Assembly: GCA_963798485.1 (NCBI GenBank)
Contig: CAWCTR010000009.1
Coordinates: 48,721 to 112,720 of the forward strand
From: an uncultured delta proteobacterium
GTDB lineage: Bacteria; Desulfobacterota; Desulfomonilia; UBA1062
Reading direction: 5' to 3'
DNA length: 64,000 nt
Of this stretch, positions 44,461 to 54,282 are shown in pieces. The notes below the pieces were generated by a model. It was not told where the DNA came from and searched no databases. It worked only from the letters and a program-made list of their open reading frames with translations. Both the position numbers and the translations under genes were made by a program. Numbering within the stretch: position 1 is the first letter of the stretch; each line of letters begins with the position of its first letter.

Positions 44461-44676
44461 TAATTCCCTGTTCCTCGATTTTATTTCCCTGATATGTTAA
44501 AAAATTTCCCTGTTATGTTGAGTAGGGAATTTAGTTGTAACTCACTAGAATGAGAGATCATATCGATGCAATTTCTTTAATAAAGGTCCCAGAAACGATA
44601 AAATTCCCTGTAAATTCCCTGATAAACAGGGAATTTGGTGTAGAGAATGGTTCGCACTTGACTGCCTGCACCACCA
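44461..44676 (+). mobile_element. att-like end of an integrative element
   Basis: Multiple TTCCCTG/CAGGGAA boxes followed by a tRNA-3'-like ggttcg...gcaccacca. Confidence 0.55.
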
Positions 44677-44896
44677 TCTTTTTCTTACTTTGTGAAACCC
44701 TCAAAGGAGTTCCGCCAACAAAATGGTAAACCTCCCTCTGATGACATGATGCCCAATGGACAAATGATAGTTGCATCATAAGCCCAAGACGATTACTTGC
44801 TGAATTGACCTATCCTTTAATGGGAGCTCAACCATCCCTGATATCCCTGATAGAGATATTGAAGATCCCTACGATAATTCAATGGTCCCATCTCCC

Positions 44897-45030
44897 TACC
44901 CTCTGCTAGAGATATCGAAATATAATCTATTGTCTCAGGAAAGGCCAACTTTGCGTTATCTGGGTTGTATAACCATGAGTGATCCTGAAGAAATAAGCAG
45001 CCAACTATCTGTATCTGACCATCTTCCAAA
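44897..45030 (-). repeat. Divergent repeat copy R10 (inverted counterpart of 51152-51278)
   Basis: gtcagatacagata..ttggctgct...ggatcactcatg...gataacg...atagattatatttcgatatc shared with R13. Confidence 0.8.
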
Positions 45031-45131
45031 CTTTTCCACCTGTAGTCTCTTATAAATAAATGTTGTTAAAGAATGGGAAGGGTTCTGACGAAAATCATAA
45101 GTGATAATAGAATTCAGGTAAAGGTGTACAC

Positions 45132-45521
45132 ATGGAAGTAAAAGATAAACGGCGTTATACCAGGAACCCAATAAAGATCGAGGCCAGGTATCAGGACTCT
45201 AACAGAAAAGTTCTGAAGGGCACGGTGACAAACATTGGCATCAATGGTCTATACATTGAAACTCCTCACGTCTTAGAAAGCGGCGAGATCATACGCATGA
45301 CCCTGGATTTGATTGACGAGGGAAGGGTCATTTATGTGGAAGGTAAGGTCGTCCACTGTGCGCCTAGGAAAGGGATGGGTATTGAGTTCATGGATCAGGA
45401 CAACCGCGAGATTAAAAAGCTCATCAGCACTATGAGCAAGCTCGAAGAGGCATCGCTAATTGCCCTGGTAGATTGGCTTTCGATACCGACCAATAACAAA
45501 TCATCGGCCAGCAAGCCCTAA
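45132..45521 (+). CDS. PilZ domain protein
   Basis: KRRYTR (RxxxR) and NIGING (D/NxSxxG-like), GMGIEF. Confidence 0.85.
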   Translation: MEVKDKRRYTRNPIKIEARYQDSNRKVLKGTVTNIGINGLYIETPHVLESGEIIRMTLDLIDEGRVIYVEGKVVHCAPRKGMGIEFMDQDNREIKKLISTMSKLEEASLIALVDWLSIPTNNKSSASKP

Positions 45522-45766
45522 TCCACCTTTGAGTCAGGAACCAATTTCTGAAGGCCATCGCTATTCCTCAATACTTTCCTTGCTTTCATGAGGGCATCAA
45601 TGACTTTGTCGATACTCCAATTATTAATGGCAATTCCTTTATCCGTAGGAAACAATTGCCCCTGAGCATTCTTCGTGTATACCCGACAGTTGATGAAGGT
45701 TGTGCCCAGGTATTCATCAACATAAGTTTGCCTTATTCGAGCAGGACGAGTTTTGATTGCTTCCAC
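45518..45766 (-). CDS. PC4/YdbC-like ssDNA-binding protein (possibly degenerate)
   Basis: DEYLGTTFINCRVY...PTDKGIAI resembles the PC4 fold signature; start is poor. Confidence 0.6.
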   Translation of the reverse strand: MEAIKTRPARIRQTYVDEYLGTTFINCRVYTKNAQGQLFPTDKGIAINNWSIDKVIDALMKARKVLRNSDGLQKLVPDSKVD

Positions 45767-45957
45767 TATCCAAAGGGTGAGGTTACGATCGATCTCTTAC
45801 TCAGGACGAATATAGGCCGGTTGTTTGAGCTGTCAGGTATGCTACACATCTTTACATTTCAATAAAAACGCCGAATCGGCGTTTTTCTCCATTGAGTAAA
45901 TGGGGAGTGGACGAAGGATTAGGAGTGGAGTGACTTATATAAAAAACAGGATCGGGA

Positions 45958-46085
45958 GGATATAAATTCGATTTATTTTCGGTTTTAAGATAGCTGAAAA
46001 CTGAATATATTGTTTCCAAATCTATGGTATTAAGGCTATCGGCTCAGAGCGCCGATCCTGGCACGAACTATACAATATTTCCATA
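45958..46085 (+). repeat. Dispersed repeat copy R11
   Basis: ttcgattt..tcggtttt...ctgaaaactga...aaatctatggtatt...cagagcgccgatcctggcacgaa. Confidence 0.8.
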
Positions 46086-46426
46086 TTTCCATGCTAATAA
46101 AACCGATGCTTCTTTGCGTAATCAATGGTAAACCGTTCGAAATGGGAAGTATATATTCCTTATGAGACTGTCGAAAAAGTCAAAGGATAAAAATTAACAA
46201 AAAAATGATCTCGTAAAATGCCCTGCAATGGAAAATCTTGAATCGGGGAATGTGTTTTGATGTTCAAAATAATCAATATTGAATAACGTATTATTCTATG
46301 ATATTTTAGTAGATAGTTTTTCCATCTTGATTATGAATCCTTCAAGGGGAAAAGGGAAAAGCCTTTGCATCTATGAAGCGAATGCTTCTGAGAAGATAAC
46401 AATAGCATTTAGAGAGGAGGGTCTCT

Positions 46427-47221
46427 ATGTCTACCAAACGGGTTTCGTGTATGCGCAGGTTATTTCTCATTCTTTCCATCTTTCCACTCTTAGTCAGCTG
46501 CGGTGGCGGCGGCGGCGGTAGTAGTAGCGGCGACCAGACGAATGGCGTCACGGTAAACGTACAGACGGCGTTAACCTCGATTACGACAAAGGGGCTCAAC
46601 CAGAACTTCACTATCGGGGGAACATATTCATCGTACCAAGCGACTGGCAGCGGCAACGAAACAGCACTACCGGCGACTGCGGCCACCTTGAACGGGACAG
46701 ACGTGCTGTTGCAATCCGCAACGTTCAGCGGGACCATCACCGTCAGCGGCTACAATGTGGCGATCTCGCAGACCAATAAGTTCTATTTCGACACGACTAA
46801 TAACTACGAGATCATCGCGGAGGACGTCTCGGCTAACTCAGCCATTTCAGGCAGCTCAGGATATTTCATAGAGCATACGCCTGGGGCCGATACCTATCCG
46901 ACGACGGTTAAGGCAGGTGATAGCGGCCAAGTAGGAACCATGAAGCTGTATACCGACAGCACAATGACAGACCAGATCGGGACTGCAACGATGACGTATT
47001 CTGTAGCCGCGGACGGCTCTAGCACGTCGTCGCTGCTGGTCACGTTTGTTACCGACGAGTACGACATGAGCAATACTCACACCCTAAAGGAAGATATGAC
47101 GTACAGCGTGGACACGTCTGGAAACGTCTTGCTGGTTTCTGTTTCAAGGTCCAATGATGGTGGCAATGCCAACAGCACTGCGGGGACGACGGCGTACAAC
47201 ATCACGTATACATTCCAGTAA
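46427..47221 (+). CDS. Ser/Thr-rich lipoprotein
   Basis: Lipobox LVSC followed by GGGGGGSSSG linker; GAGGAGG RBS; downstream hairpin at 47249-47289. Confidence 0.82.
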   Translation: MSTKRVSCMRRLFLILSIFPLLVSCGGGGGGSSSGDQTNGVTVNVQTALTSITTKGLNQNFTIGGTYSSYQATGSGNETALPATAATLNGTDVLLQSATFSGTITVSGYNVAISQTNKFYFDTTNNYEIIAEDVSANSAISGSSGYFIEHTPGADTYPTTVKAGDSGQVGTMKLYTDSTMTDQIGTATMTYSVAADGSSTSSLLVTFVTDEYDMSNTHTLKEDMTYSVDTSGNVLLVSVSRSNDGGNANSTAGTTAYNITYTFQ

Positions 47222-47589
47222 GCTACATAAGCTTCTGCGTCAGACATCAGGCCGATGCGTGCTTACCCTTTGAGCGCGCAATCGGCTTATTGGCTGCACT
47301 TTTTGGCGTTTTACCTCATAAGTTGGTTCCTATCGAGAATTGTGCAGAGTTCCTCGCGCTATATGCACTGTGATTAGCAAAGTCCTGAGTATCGATTGCA
47401 CCTGAATACCTGTACTTTGGACCTCAGTCATATTTTGTAGATGTGTGTACTTCATCTGGCACATCAATGAATATAGATTGTTAATAATATACAATAATAT
47501 CATACTGTTGATTATACTACAAACTATATGATTATCTTAATGTGGTTCAGATCGAATATAATGTGCCAAGATCGAAACACTACACAGAG

Positions 47590-47705
47590 CGTAGATAACT
47601 GCGATAGATATGTACTTTTTGCAGAGACCAAGAACCGTTGATCTTGGTTTGAAACATACGGAGCTTATCACTTCTCACCAGAGCGTGATAATGGTATGTT
47701 ATCTA
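47590..47705 (+). repeat. Dispersed repeat copy R12
   Basis: gataactgcgata...accgttgatcttggtttgaaacatac...cagagcg. Confidence 0.8.
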
Positions 47706-47885
47706 TAGTTTTACCCCAACTGCACTTGGTTTTTCATTCAAAACACCATCCAATATATCGACCGCTTTGACCTTGTGACTTGGGGCAAGATGAGCATATC
47801 TAAGGGTTATGGTAAGGGTTTTATGCCGTAGAAGCTCTTTAATCGTTGTAAGGTCTACCCCAGCCATGACAAGGTGACTTGCAAA
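47703..47885 (-). pseudogene. Tyrosine integrase C-terminal fragment
   Basis: FASHLVMAGVDLTTIKELLRHKTLTITLRYAHLAPSHK (box II with catalytic Tyr); not shown in the ORF track. Confidence 0.85.
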
Positions 47886-48556
47886 GGAATGCCTCTGAGT
47901 TTGTTATTCAGACCGTATTTCCGATAAACCCAATCGGCATAGTTGTAATTCATTCGGTCAACTATTACATAATCAACCCTTCCATTAAGTGTCTCCACGA
48001 GACCTTCTGCACCAGGAAGCATGGGGGCAATCATGGCATAAGTTCTAATTCTGGCTCGGTGCAATTCATCAAGGGCATCTAGTCGATCCTTAATTGGCGG
48101 CGCATAGGGTTCGAATAATTTCCTGATACTATCGTCCGCTGTGGTAACAGTAAGTCCGACTTCAGAATCGCTCGCTTACTGAAGTATATCCACATCCCTC
48201 AGCACCAGAGGGGATCGTGTCTGCACTATCACCGGCCAGCTATTCTGTACCAGTATTTCCAGGCATCTTCTGGTGATTCCATATTTTGCCTCCAGCGGTT
48301 GGTATGGATCACATACTCCGCTCATCCAAACGCTTCCTTTCTTTTTCTTATTGATCTCCACCCGCAGCAAATAAGGAGCGTTTATTTTAACATCGACAAA
48401 TTCACCCCAAGGTTCTTTGTGTCCAGTAAACCTTTTCATAAAGCGAGCATAACAGTAAGTGCAAGCATGCTGACAGCCAGTGTAGGGATTGACGACATAA
48501 TCGTAGACCTTCGACGCGGAGAGAATAGACTTTGCCCGAATTTCCTTTACAATCAT
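47886..48556 (-). pseudogene. Spore photoproduct lyase-like radical SAM protein with internal stop, 3'-truncated
   Basis: NPYTGCQHACTYCYA, CDPYQP; TAA at 48176-48178, then continues in frame (EVGLTVTT...FEPYAPP). Confidence 0.85.
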
Positions 48557-48950
48557 ACTTAATGCCCTATCCCAGCACATATTTCTGTCATAACAGAACC
48601 TCGCGTTTTCATGGAAACTATAGTGTGATACAGACAATCGTTCTTGTCAATCAGCATGGGGCTTTACCCTGCCGGAAGATTTCATTAAATTTAGATGGCC
48701 CCTTTACCTCTCAAGGGGCCTTATTTTTAAACTTTTCATGAGATAGAGCTTCAGGCAGCATATTCTCGTTTCCATTGAAAACAGTCGTGTAGACTAAACT
48801 CTCAAATTGAACGTCATAATACTCAAGGGAAATGACGCTAAAGAGGATCTATTGTTTTATATTTAGAGTAATGCATCCTATATATCCAGGAGGAACCATG
48901 AAGAGAGTACTCGTGGTAGATTTTGAAGAATATTTCGAGGAGGCTTAACA

Positions 48951-49565
48951 ATGAAAAGATATCTTCATGTATTTCTTTGTTGTATTATAACAATAATATT
49001 AACAGGTTGTGCAAGTCTTAATGGGAATGCCCCTTTTCAATACCCGAATTCTCTCGTAACGTTTCAGAGTCCTGTCGATAAAATTGTCGGTATGAAATTG
49101 TTAACAGATAATCGTCCAGAGGAAGATAAAGAAAACACGATTCGTATCTCGGATGTGCCTGAGAAAATTTCAGCAAGACTGCTTGCAGATATTAACTCAT
49201 CCAGGATTTATAGTGATATTCACTACCCTTCGAGGTCAGGTGACATGGTCATAATTGAAGGATCTATTGACAAGTTCATGTGGAAGTATACACCGGAACC
49301 CTATGCGGTCATTCCATTAGTTAATCTGATTGTTTATTTTGGTGTTCCTTCGGCACATGCAACTGGAACAGTACAAATAACTCTGGAAGTAAAGAATGCG
49401 CAATCCGGGATGCTCCTCGGCAAATTTACAGAGAGCGCTTCAAATACATCCACTTTCACGATGTATAATAGGAGTGCAGGGGAGTCTGGAGGAGAGTTGG
49501 CCGATGCATTCCGCGAAGTGGCAAAAAAATTGAAAGAAGATCTTATTAATAAAACATCTTATTAA
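48951..49565 (+). CDS. Hypothetical lipoprotein
   Basis: Lipobox LTGC; GAGGAGG RBS. Confidence 0.8.
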   Translation: MKRYLHVFLCCIITIILTGCASLNGNAPFQYPNSLVTFQSPVDKIVGMKLLTDNRPEEDKENTIRISDVPEKISARLLADINSSRIYSDIHYPSRSGDMVIIEGSIDKFMWKYTPEPYAVIPLVNLIVYFGVPSAHATGTVQITLEVKNAQSGMLLGKFTESASNTSTFTMYNRSAGESGGELADAFREVAKKLKEDLINKTSY

Positions 49566-49614
49566 TGAAAGCCGTTAGGATCGTTCCCAGGTTTCTTCTC
49601 TCATGAACGATCAT

Positions 49615-49752
49615 AAAAGGAATTGCCCTTAATGATTGGAGTATCGACAAAGTCATCGATGCCCTCATGAAGGCAAGGAAAGTATTGAGGAATAGCGATA
49701 GCCTTCAGAAATTGGTCCCTGATCATAAAGTGGATTAGGATCTGCTGGCTGA
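49615..49752 (+). pseudogene. Inverted partial copy of the PC4-like gene 3' end
   Basis: KGIALNDWSIDKVIDALMKARKVLRNSDSLQKLVPD; highly similar to 45500-45641 on the - strand. Confidence 0.85.
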
Positions 49753-49935
49753 CTTGGATTAGCCTCGATGAATTAATACAGGAAAGTGGGTATTGTTCTA
49801 TTATTCCCTTTATCAGAACAGCTGCATATCCCTTGAGGCGGGATTATTTCAGTAAAGAGCTGCCTCACCAAGTCTCGGGCTCTTTTCGGTAGATTTCTGA
49901 ATCAACTTTGCATACTCCCTTTGTTAACTTCATTA

Positions 49936-51048
49936 TCACGACTCTATAAACATCGTCTGCCCGTGCTTCAGTTCTACTAGCTTATCCAGAAGCCCCGCCT
50001 TTTTCATTTCCCTGCGGATGTCATTAGGCGGAAAATAGACCGGCTCATCACCCAGCCTGAATGTGCCCCAGTGGACTACAAGCAGCTTTTTTGCCCCAAT
50101 CTCCCGGAATGCTTGAACAACTTCTTCAGGGTTCATATGGGACGTCTTCATGAACCACCGGGGTTCATAGGCTCCGAGATTAAAGATGGCAAGGTCTATG
50201 TTGTAATGCTCCCCGATCTCCTTGAACCCGTTGAAGTAGGCAGTATCTCCCGAGACATAGATGGTTCGGCCTGGAGAGGTCTTGATAATATACGAACCCC
50301 ACAATGCAGTGTTCGGGCCTATGAAGGGGTTACGCATAGTCCAATGGTTGCATGGAAGGAATGTTATCTCAAAAGATCCTATTGTCGTACTATCCAGCCA
50401 ATCAAGCTCCTGGACCTGACTCGATCCATTCTCTTTGAGAAGGCTGCCATAGCCGAGAGAACAGAGAAAACGTGCATGGTCGTTGAAGATCTGTAGTGAT
50501 TTTAGATCGAGATGATCATAATGCCCATGGGTTATGAGCACGGCATCGATCTTCGGCATCTCTCCGGGCGAAAAGGCAATGGGACTGAAATTCTTAATGG
50601 GCCAGATCAGACCGAACAGCACCGGGTCTACGATAATACTTGTGCTGTTGTCTTTGATGAGAACGGTGGCGTGGGTGATATAGGTGATGCTCAGACTCCT
50701 ATGTTTTTTTAATTGTCCCCAATCGATTCTTACAGGCTCGATCTTTTCATCTTTATAAAAGGGCTCGAAGGAGTTTCTTGATAAGAATCGCCATTTGATC
50801 ATATCCCAGAAGCTTCTCTTCTTAAAGGAGGGGTTGAAAGGGTTAATGAAATGTCCATCACCATGATGGACTTTACTTCTGGCAATATCCCACAGGCTCA
50901 TCTTCGAAACATCCAGCTTGTTGGTACCAACATTAAAACCCTCAACTTGATTAAATTTAAATGTAAGTATGGAGGCAATACCGAAAAAAGCAGCTGAGAA
51001 TAGATACTTTAAAAACCCTCTTCTTTCAATAGCGGTATCCTCTTTCAT
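49936..51048 (-). CDS. MBL-fold metallo-hydrolase (NAPE-PLD/RomA-like), Tat-type signal
   Basis: ERRGFLK, ITHGHYDHLD, SGDTAY, GAYEPRW...HMNPEE, VHWGTF. Confidence 0.9.
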   Translation of the reverse strand: MKEDTAIERRGFLKYLFSAAFFGIASILTFKFNQVEGFNVGTNKLDVSKMSLWDIARSKVHHGDGHFINPFNPSFKKRSFWDMIKWRFLSRNSFEPFYKDEKIEPVRIDWGQLKKHRSLSITYITHATVLIKDNSTSIIVDPVLFGLIWPIKNFSPIAFSPGEMPKIDAVLITHGHYDHLDLKSLQIFNDHARFLCSLGYGSLLKENGSSQVQELDWLDSTTIGSFEITFLPCNHWTMRNPFIGPNTALWGSYIIKTSPGRTIYVSGDTAYFNGFKEIGEHYNIDLAIFNLGAYEPRWFMKTSHMNPEEVVQAFREIGAKKLLVVHWGTFRLGDEPVYFPPNDIRREMKKAGLLDKLVELKHGQTMFIES

Positions 51049-51100
51049 TGCTCTCCTGATTTCTAGTTTCGGAACAGGCTACAATCTTTTTTTATTTTAC

Positions 51101-51285
51101 ATGATAATCACCTCTGCCATTTATTAACATCAAAATATCTGGTGGATAAAGTTTGAAAGATAGTCAGATACAGATAGGTTGGCTGCTACACCTTCTGGAT
51201 CACTCATGCTTCCTCATCCTGGATAACGTCCATCTGGCTTGGCCTGGCCTGAGATGGATAGATTATATTTCGATATCATTGGTCA
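51101..51285 (+). repeat. Divergent repeat copy R13
   Basis: atgataatca...gattatatttcgatatcatt spans ~170 nt; inverted match to R10. Confidence 0.65.
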
Positions 51286-51456
51286 CTTGTTTACAAACGA
51301 AATTGACGATTTATCTAAGGATACTCACTCTGAAGGATAGTCTAGGTAGTCTGCAGTAATAAGGTTAGAGGTTATTATAAAATCAATAATACAAGGCGTA
51401 ATGCTTGACCACTTCCATTTAAAAGATGTATCGAATCATTGGTCTTAGGAATATCA

Positions 51457-52128
51457 ATGAATAAAAAGACAATCGTTCAGGTTATTATCCTTTTTTCCAT
51501 ATTCGTCTTTTGCACCTATATGTTCTTTCACTATCATCTTAGTATTTTTTTTACTGATCAGGATAAAGCAATTACCTTCATCAAATCCTTCGGACCCTTG
51601 TCCATTGTAGTCTTTATATTTCTTCAGATTCTTCAAGTCGTTTTGGCACCTATTCCGGGAGAGGTTACAGGAATAATCGGTGGTTATCTTTTCGGGCCGA
51701 TCCTTGGTACTCTTTATTCCACTGTAGGATTAACTGTAGGATCATGGTTGGCTTTTAGCCTTGCCAATGCTTTTGGTGAGCCGCTTGTGGAAAAGGTTGT
51801 TAAAGCAGAAACACTTAACAAGTTTGATGCTTTTCTGGAACATAAGGGAGGGCTTGTCATTTTCTTCCTCTTTCTCATTCCAGGGTTCCCTAAAGACTAT
51901 CTCTGTTACATCTTGGGGCTGAGTAAAATGCGTGCATGGCCTTTCATTATAATCTCCACTGTAGGCCGTCTGTTGGGTACTATCTCATTGTCCCTCATTG
52001 GCAGCTTCGCGAAAAATAGGGATTACCACGGTCTCATTGCAATCATCTTTCTCTGTTGTCTGGTCTTTATTATTGCTTATCTCTATCATGACAAAATATT
52101 AAATAAGCTCAAAGGGCATAATGGATAA
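51457..52128 (+). CDS. TVP38/TMEM64 (VTT/DedA) membrane protein
   Basis: QVVLAPIPGE, FLIPGFPKD. Confidence 0.9.
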   Translation: MNKKTIVQVIILFSIFVFCTYMFFHYHLSIFFTDQDKAITFIKSFGPLSIVVFIFLQILQVVLAPIPGEVTGIIGGYLFGPILGTLYSTVGLTVGSWLAFSLANAFGEPLVEKVVKAETLNKFDAFLEHKGGLVIFFLFLIPGFPKDYLCYILGLSKMRAWPFIIISTVGRLLGTISLSLIGSFAKNRDYHGLIAIIFLCCLVFIIAYLYHDKILNKLKGHNG

Positions 52129-52170
52129 TAAAACTCCAAGCAGTATATGCTTTTTATGAAATGAATATAT

Positions 52171-54108
52171 ATGGAGGCAGGATTGGAAAATGATACTGTT
52201 CTGTCAGAACAGGAGAATAATGAAAAAGAGAAGAGTCAGTTCGGCCTTCTCGCTACAAGGAGGTTTGCACCTTTCTTCTGGACACAGTTTTTAGGTGCCT
52301 TCAATGATAATGTTTTCAAGAATGCCCTGGTACTTTTCATTGCATTTAAGATGGGGAATACCCTTGCTGCAAAATCCGACATTCTGATTAATTTTGCTGC
52401 AGGCCTTCTCATCCTTCCGTTTTTCCTCTTCTCTGCAACGGCAGGGCAGATTGCTGATAAATATGAAAAATCCAGATTGATCCGTTATATCAAAGTGGTT
52501 GAGATTATCATCGCGATCTTTGCCGCATTCGCATTTTACTTTAAAGACGTTACGTATCTCATGATCCTTCTTTTCCTTCTGGGGACACAGGCTACCTTTT
52601 TCGGGCCGGTAAAGTACAGCATTTTACCACAGCATCTGAAAGGCAAAGAGATAGTCGGCGGCAACGCCATGGTTGAAAGCGGAACCTTTGTAGCGATACT
52701 TCTCGGCACAATCACGGGCGGATTTTTTGCCCAGGTTGAAAACGGCGAAATCTGGGTCGGCGCAGGCCTTATCGTTTTTGCCGTGATAGGGTGGTCGGCA
52801 AGCAGGATGATCCCTAATGCCCCAGCTGATTCCCCGGGTTTGAAAATTGATTTTAATCCTATTACTCAGACTTGGGAAACCATCAAAATCCCCATGGAAA
52901 GAAGGTCCATATTCCTCGCAATCCTGAGCATATCATGGTTCTGGGCGCTGGGACTTGCGTATTTGAGTCAGTTTCCCAACTATACCAAGAACATACTCCA
53001 CGGTTCTGAAGGAGTGGTAACCCTCTTGCTTACCATGTTTTCCGTGGGGATTGGTATCGGGTCACTGTTGTGTGAGCGCTTGTCAGAGAAGAAGATCGAG
53101 CTTGGACTTGTGCCTATTGGAACCTTTGGGTTCAGTCTCTTCGGGATCGACCTTGTTTTCGCTTCCTCTGCAATACCGGCTAGCCACCTGTCAATGGGCG
53201 TTTTACCGTTGCTAGGTATAGCCGGGAGCAAGAGGATTCTTTTTGATCTGGTTATGATTGGTGTTTCCGGAGGGATCTATATCGTTCCGCTCTATTCAAT
53301 GATACAGGTGAGAACAAGGATGGAAGTTCGATCACGTGTTATCGCCGCGAATAATATTTTGAACGCACTTTTTATGGTGGCCTCCTCTGTCATTGCGGCT
53401 TTAATGATTGGCATGCTGAAGTTGTCTATCCCTCACTTCTTTTTGTTCCTCGCATTATTTAATCTGATTGTCGCTTGTTGTATCTATTCCCTTGTGCCTG
53501 AGTTTGTAATTCGATTTTTCATGTGGGTGCTTTCCAAGATAATGTACCGGGTCACCAGGTACAATCTGGATATTATCCCGGAGGAAGGCGCTGCGGTTCT
53601 TGTCAGCAACCATGTAACATTTGTTGATTCGCTCTTTATTGCCGGATCAATACAGAGGCGTATCCGATTTGTCATGGATCACTCTTATTTCAAGATGCCC
53701 GTTCTGAGTTATATTTCCAGAAAAAGTGGTGTCATCCCTATCGCCTCGAAAAAAGAACACCCGGAAGTCTATGAAATGGCATTCGATCTGATTTCACAAG
53801 CCTTAAGAAACAAAGAACTGGTTTGTATATTCCCCGAGGGCAAGCTTACCGGAGACGGAAAGATCGATGAGTTCAGGCCGTTAATCGAAAAGATATTAAG
53901 CAGAGATCCTGTCACGGTTATTCCCCTGGCCTTACGAGGGCTCTGGGGAAGCTTTTTCAGCAGAAAATTCGGAGCTGCCATACCTCACTTGTCCGGACGT
54001 TTCAGATCGAAAATCGAAGTTGTTGCCGGTGATCCTATAGAACCTCAGAAGGTAACTGCCGAGTATTTACATGAGACTGTTTCTCATCTCCGGGGCGAAT
54101 TCGCATAA
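52171..54108 (+). CDS. MFS lysophospholipid transporter fused to acyltransferase (LplT/Aas-like)
   Basis: TQFLGAFNDN, FFGPVKY; C-terminal NHVTFVD and IFPEG. Confidence 0.9.
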   Translation: MEAGLENDTVLSEQENNEKEKSQFGLLATRRFAPFFWTQFLGAFNDNVFKNALVLFIAFKMGNTLAAKSDILINFAAGLLILPFFLFSATAGQIADKYEKSRLIRYIKVVEIIIAIFAAFAFYFKDVTYLMILLFLLGTQATFFGPVKYSILPQHLKGKEIVGGNAMVESGTFVAILLGTITGGFFAQVENGEIWVGAGLIVFAVIGWSASRMIPNAPADSPGLKIDFNPITQTWETIKIPMERRSIFLAILSISWFWALGLAYLSQFPNYTKNILHGSEGVVTLLLTMFSVGIGIGSLLCERLSEKKIELGLVPIGTFGFSLFGIDLVFASSAIPASHLSMGVLPLLGIAGSKRILFDLVMIGVSGGIYIVPLYSMIQVRTRMEVRSRVIAANNILNALFMVASSVIAALMIGMLKLSIPHFFLFLALFNLIVACCIYSLVPEFVIRFFMWVLSKIMYRVTRYNLDIIPEEGAAVLVSNHVTFVDSLFIAGSIQRRIRFVMDHSYFKMPVLSYISRKSGVIPIASKKEHPEVYEMAFDLISQALRNKELVCIFPEGKLTGDGKIDEFRPLIEKILSRDPVTVIPLALRGLWGSFFSRKFGAAIPHLSGRFRSKIEVVAGDPIEPQKVTAEYLHETVSHLRGEFA

Positions 54109-54282
54109 GAGGCCACCTCTATGGTCCTGGCCTAATAGCAGATCCTCTAAAAAGATGGATTTTTGCCATGGCTGGTGCTCTGATTGTGCTGCCTGTTGAC
54201 CAGAGATCTGTTTTCAATACCATCGATTTTAAACAGAGATGGGTTTGCATTAAGAAATTCTGCCTCTTAACGATTTGATTAT

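Noticed and set aside
44641-44676. Second tRNA gene
   Set aside because: Only a T-arm/CCA-like end; no D or anticodon arm
46502-46519. GGC repeat as a phase-variable tract
   Set aside because: In-frame poly-Gly linker typical after a lipoprotein Cys
23125-51285. Repeat family as a CRISPR array or classical integron attC array
   Set aside because: No short identical repeats with regular spacers, no cas or intI gene seen, no RYYYAAC/GTTRRRY ends recognised, and cargo genes lie in both orientations
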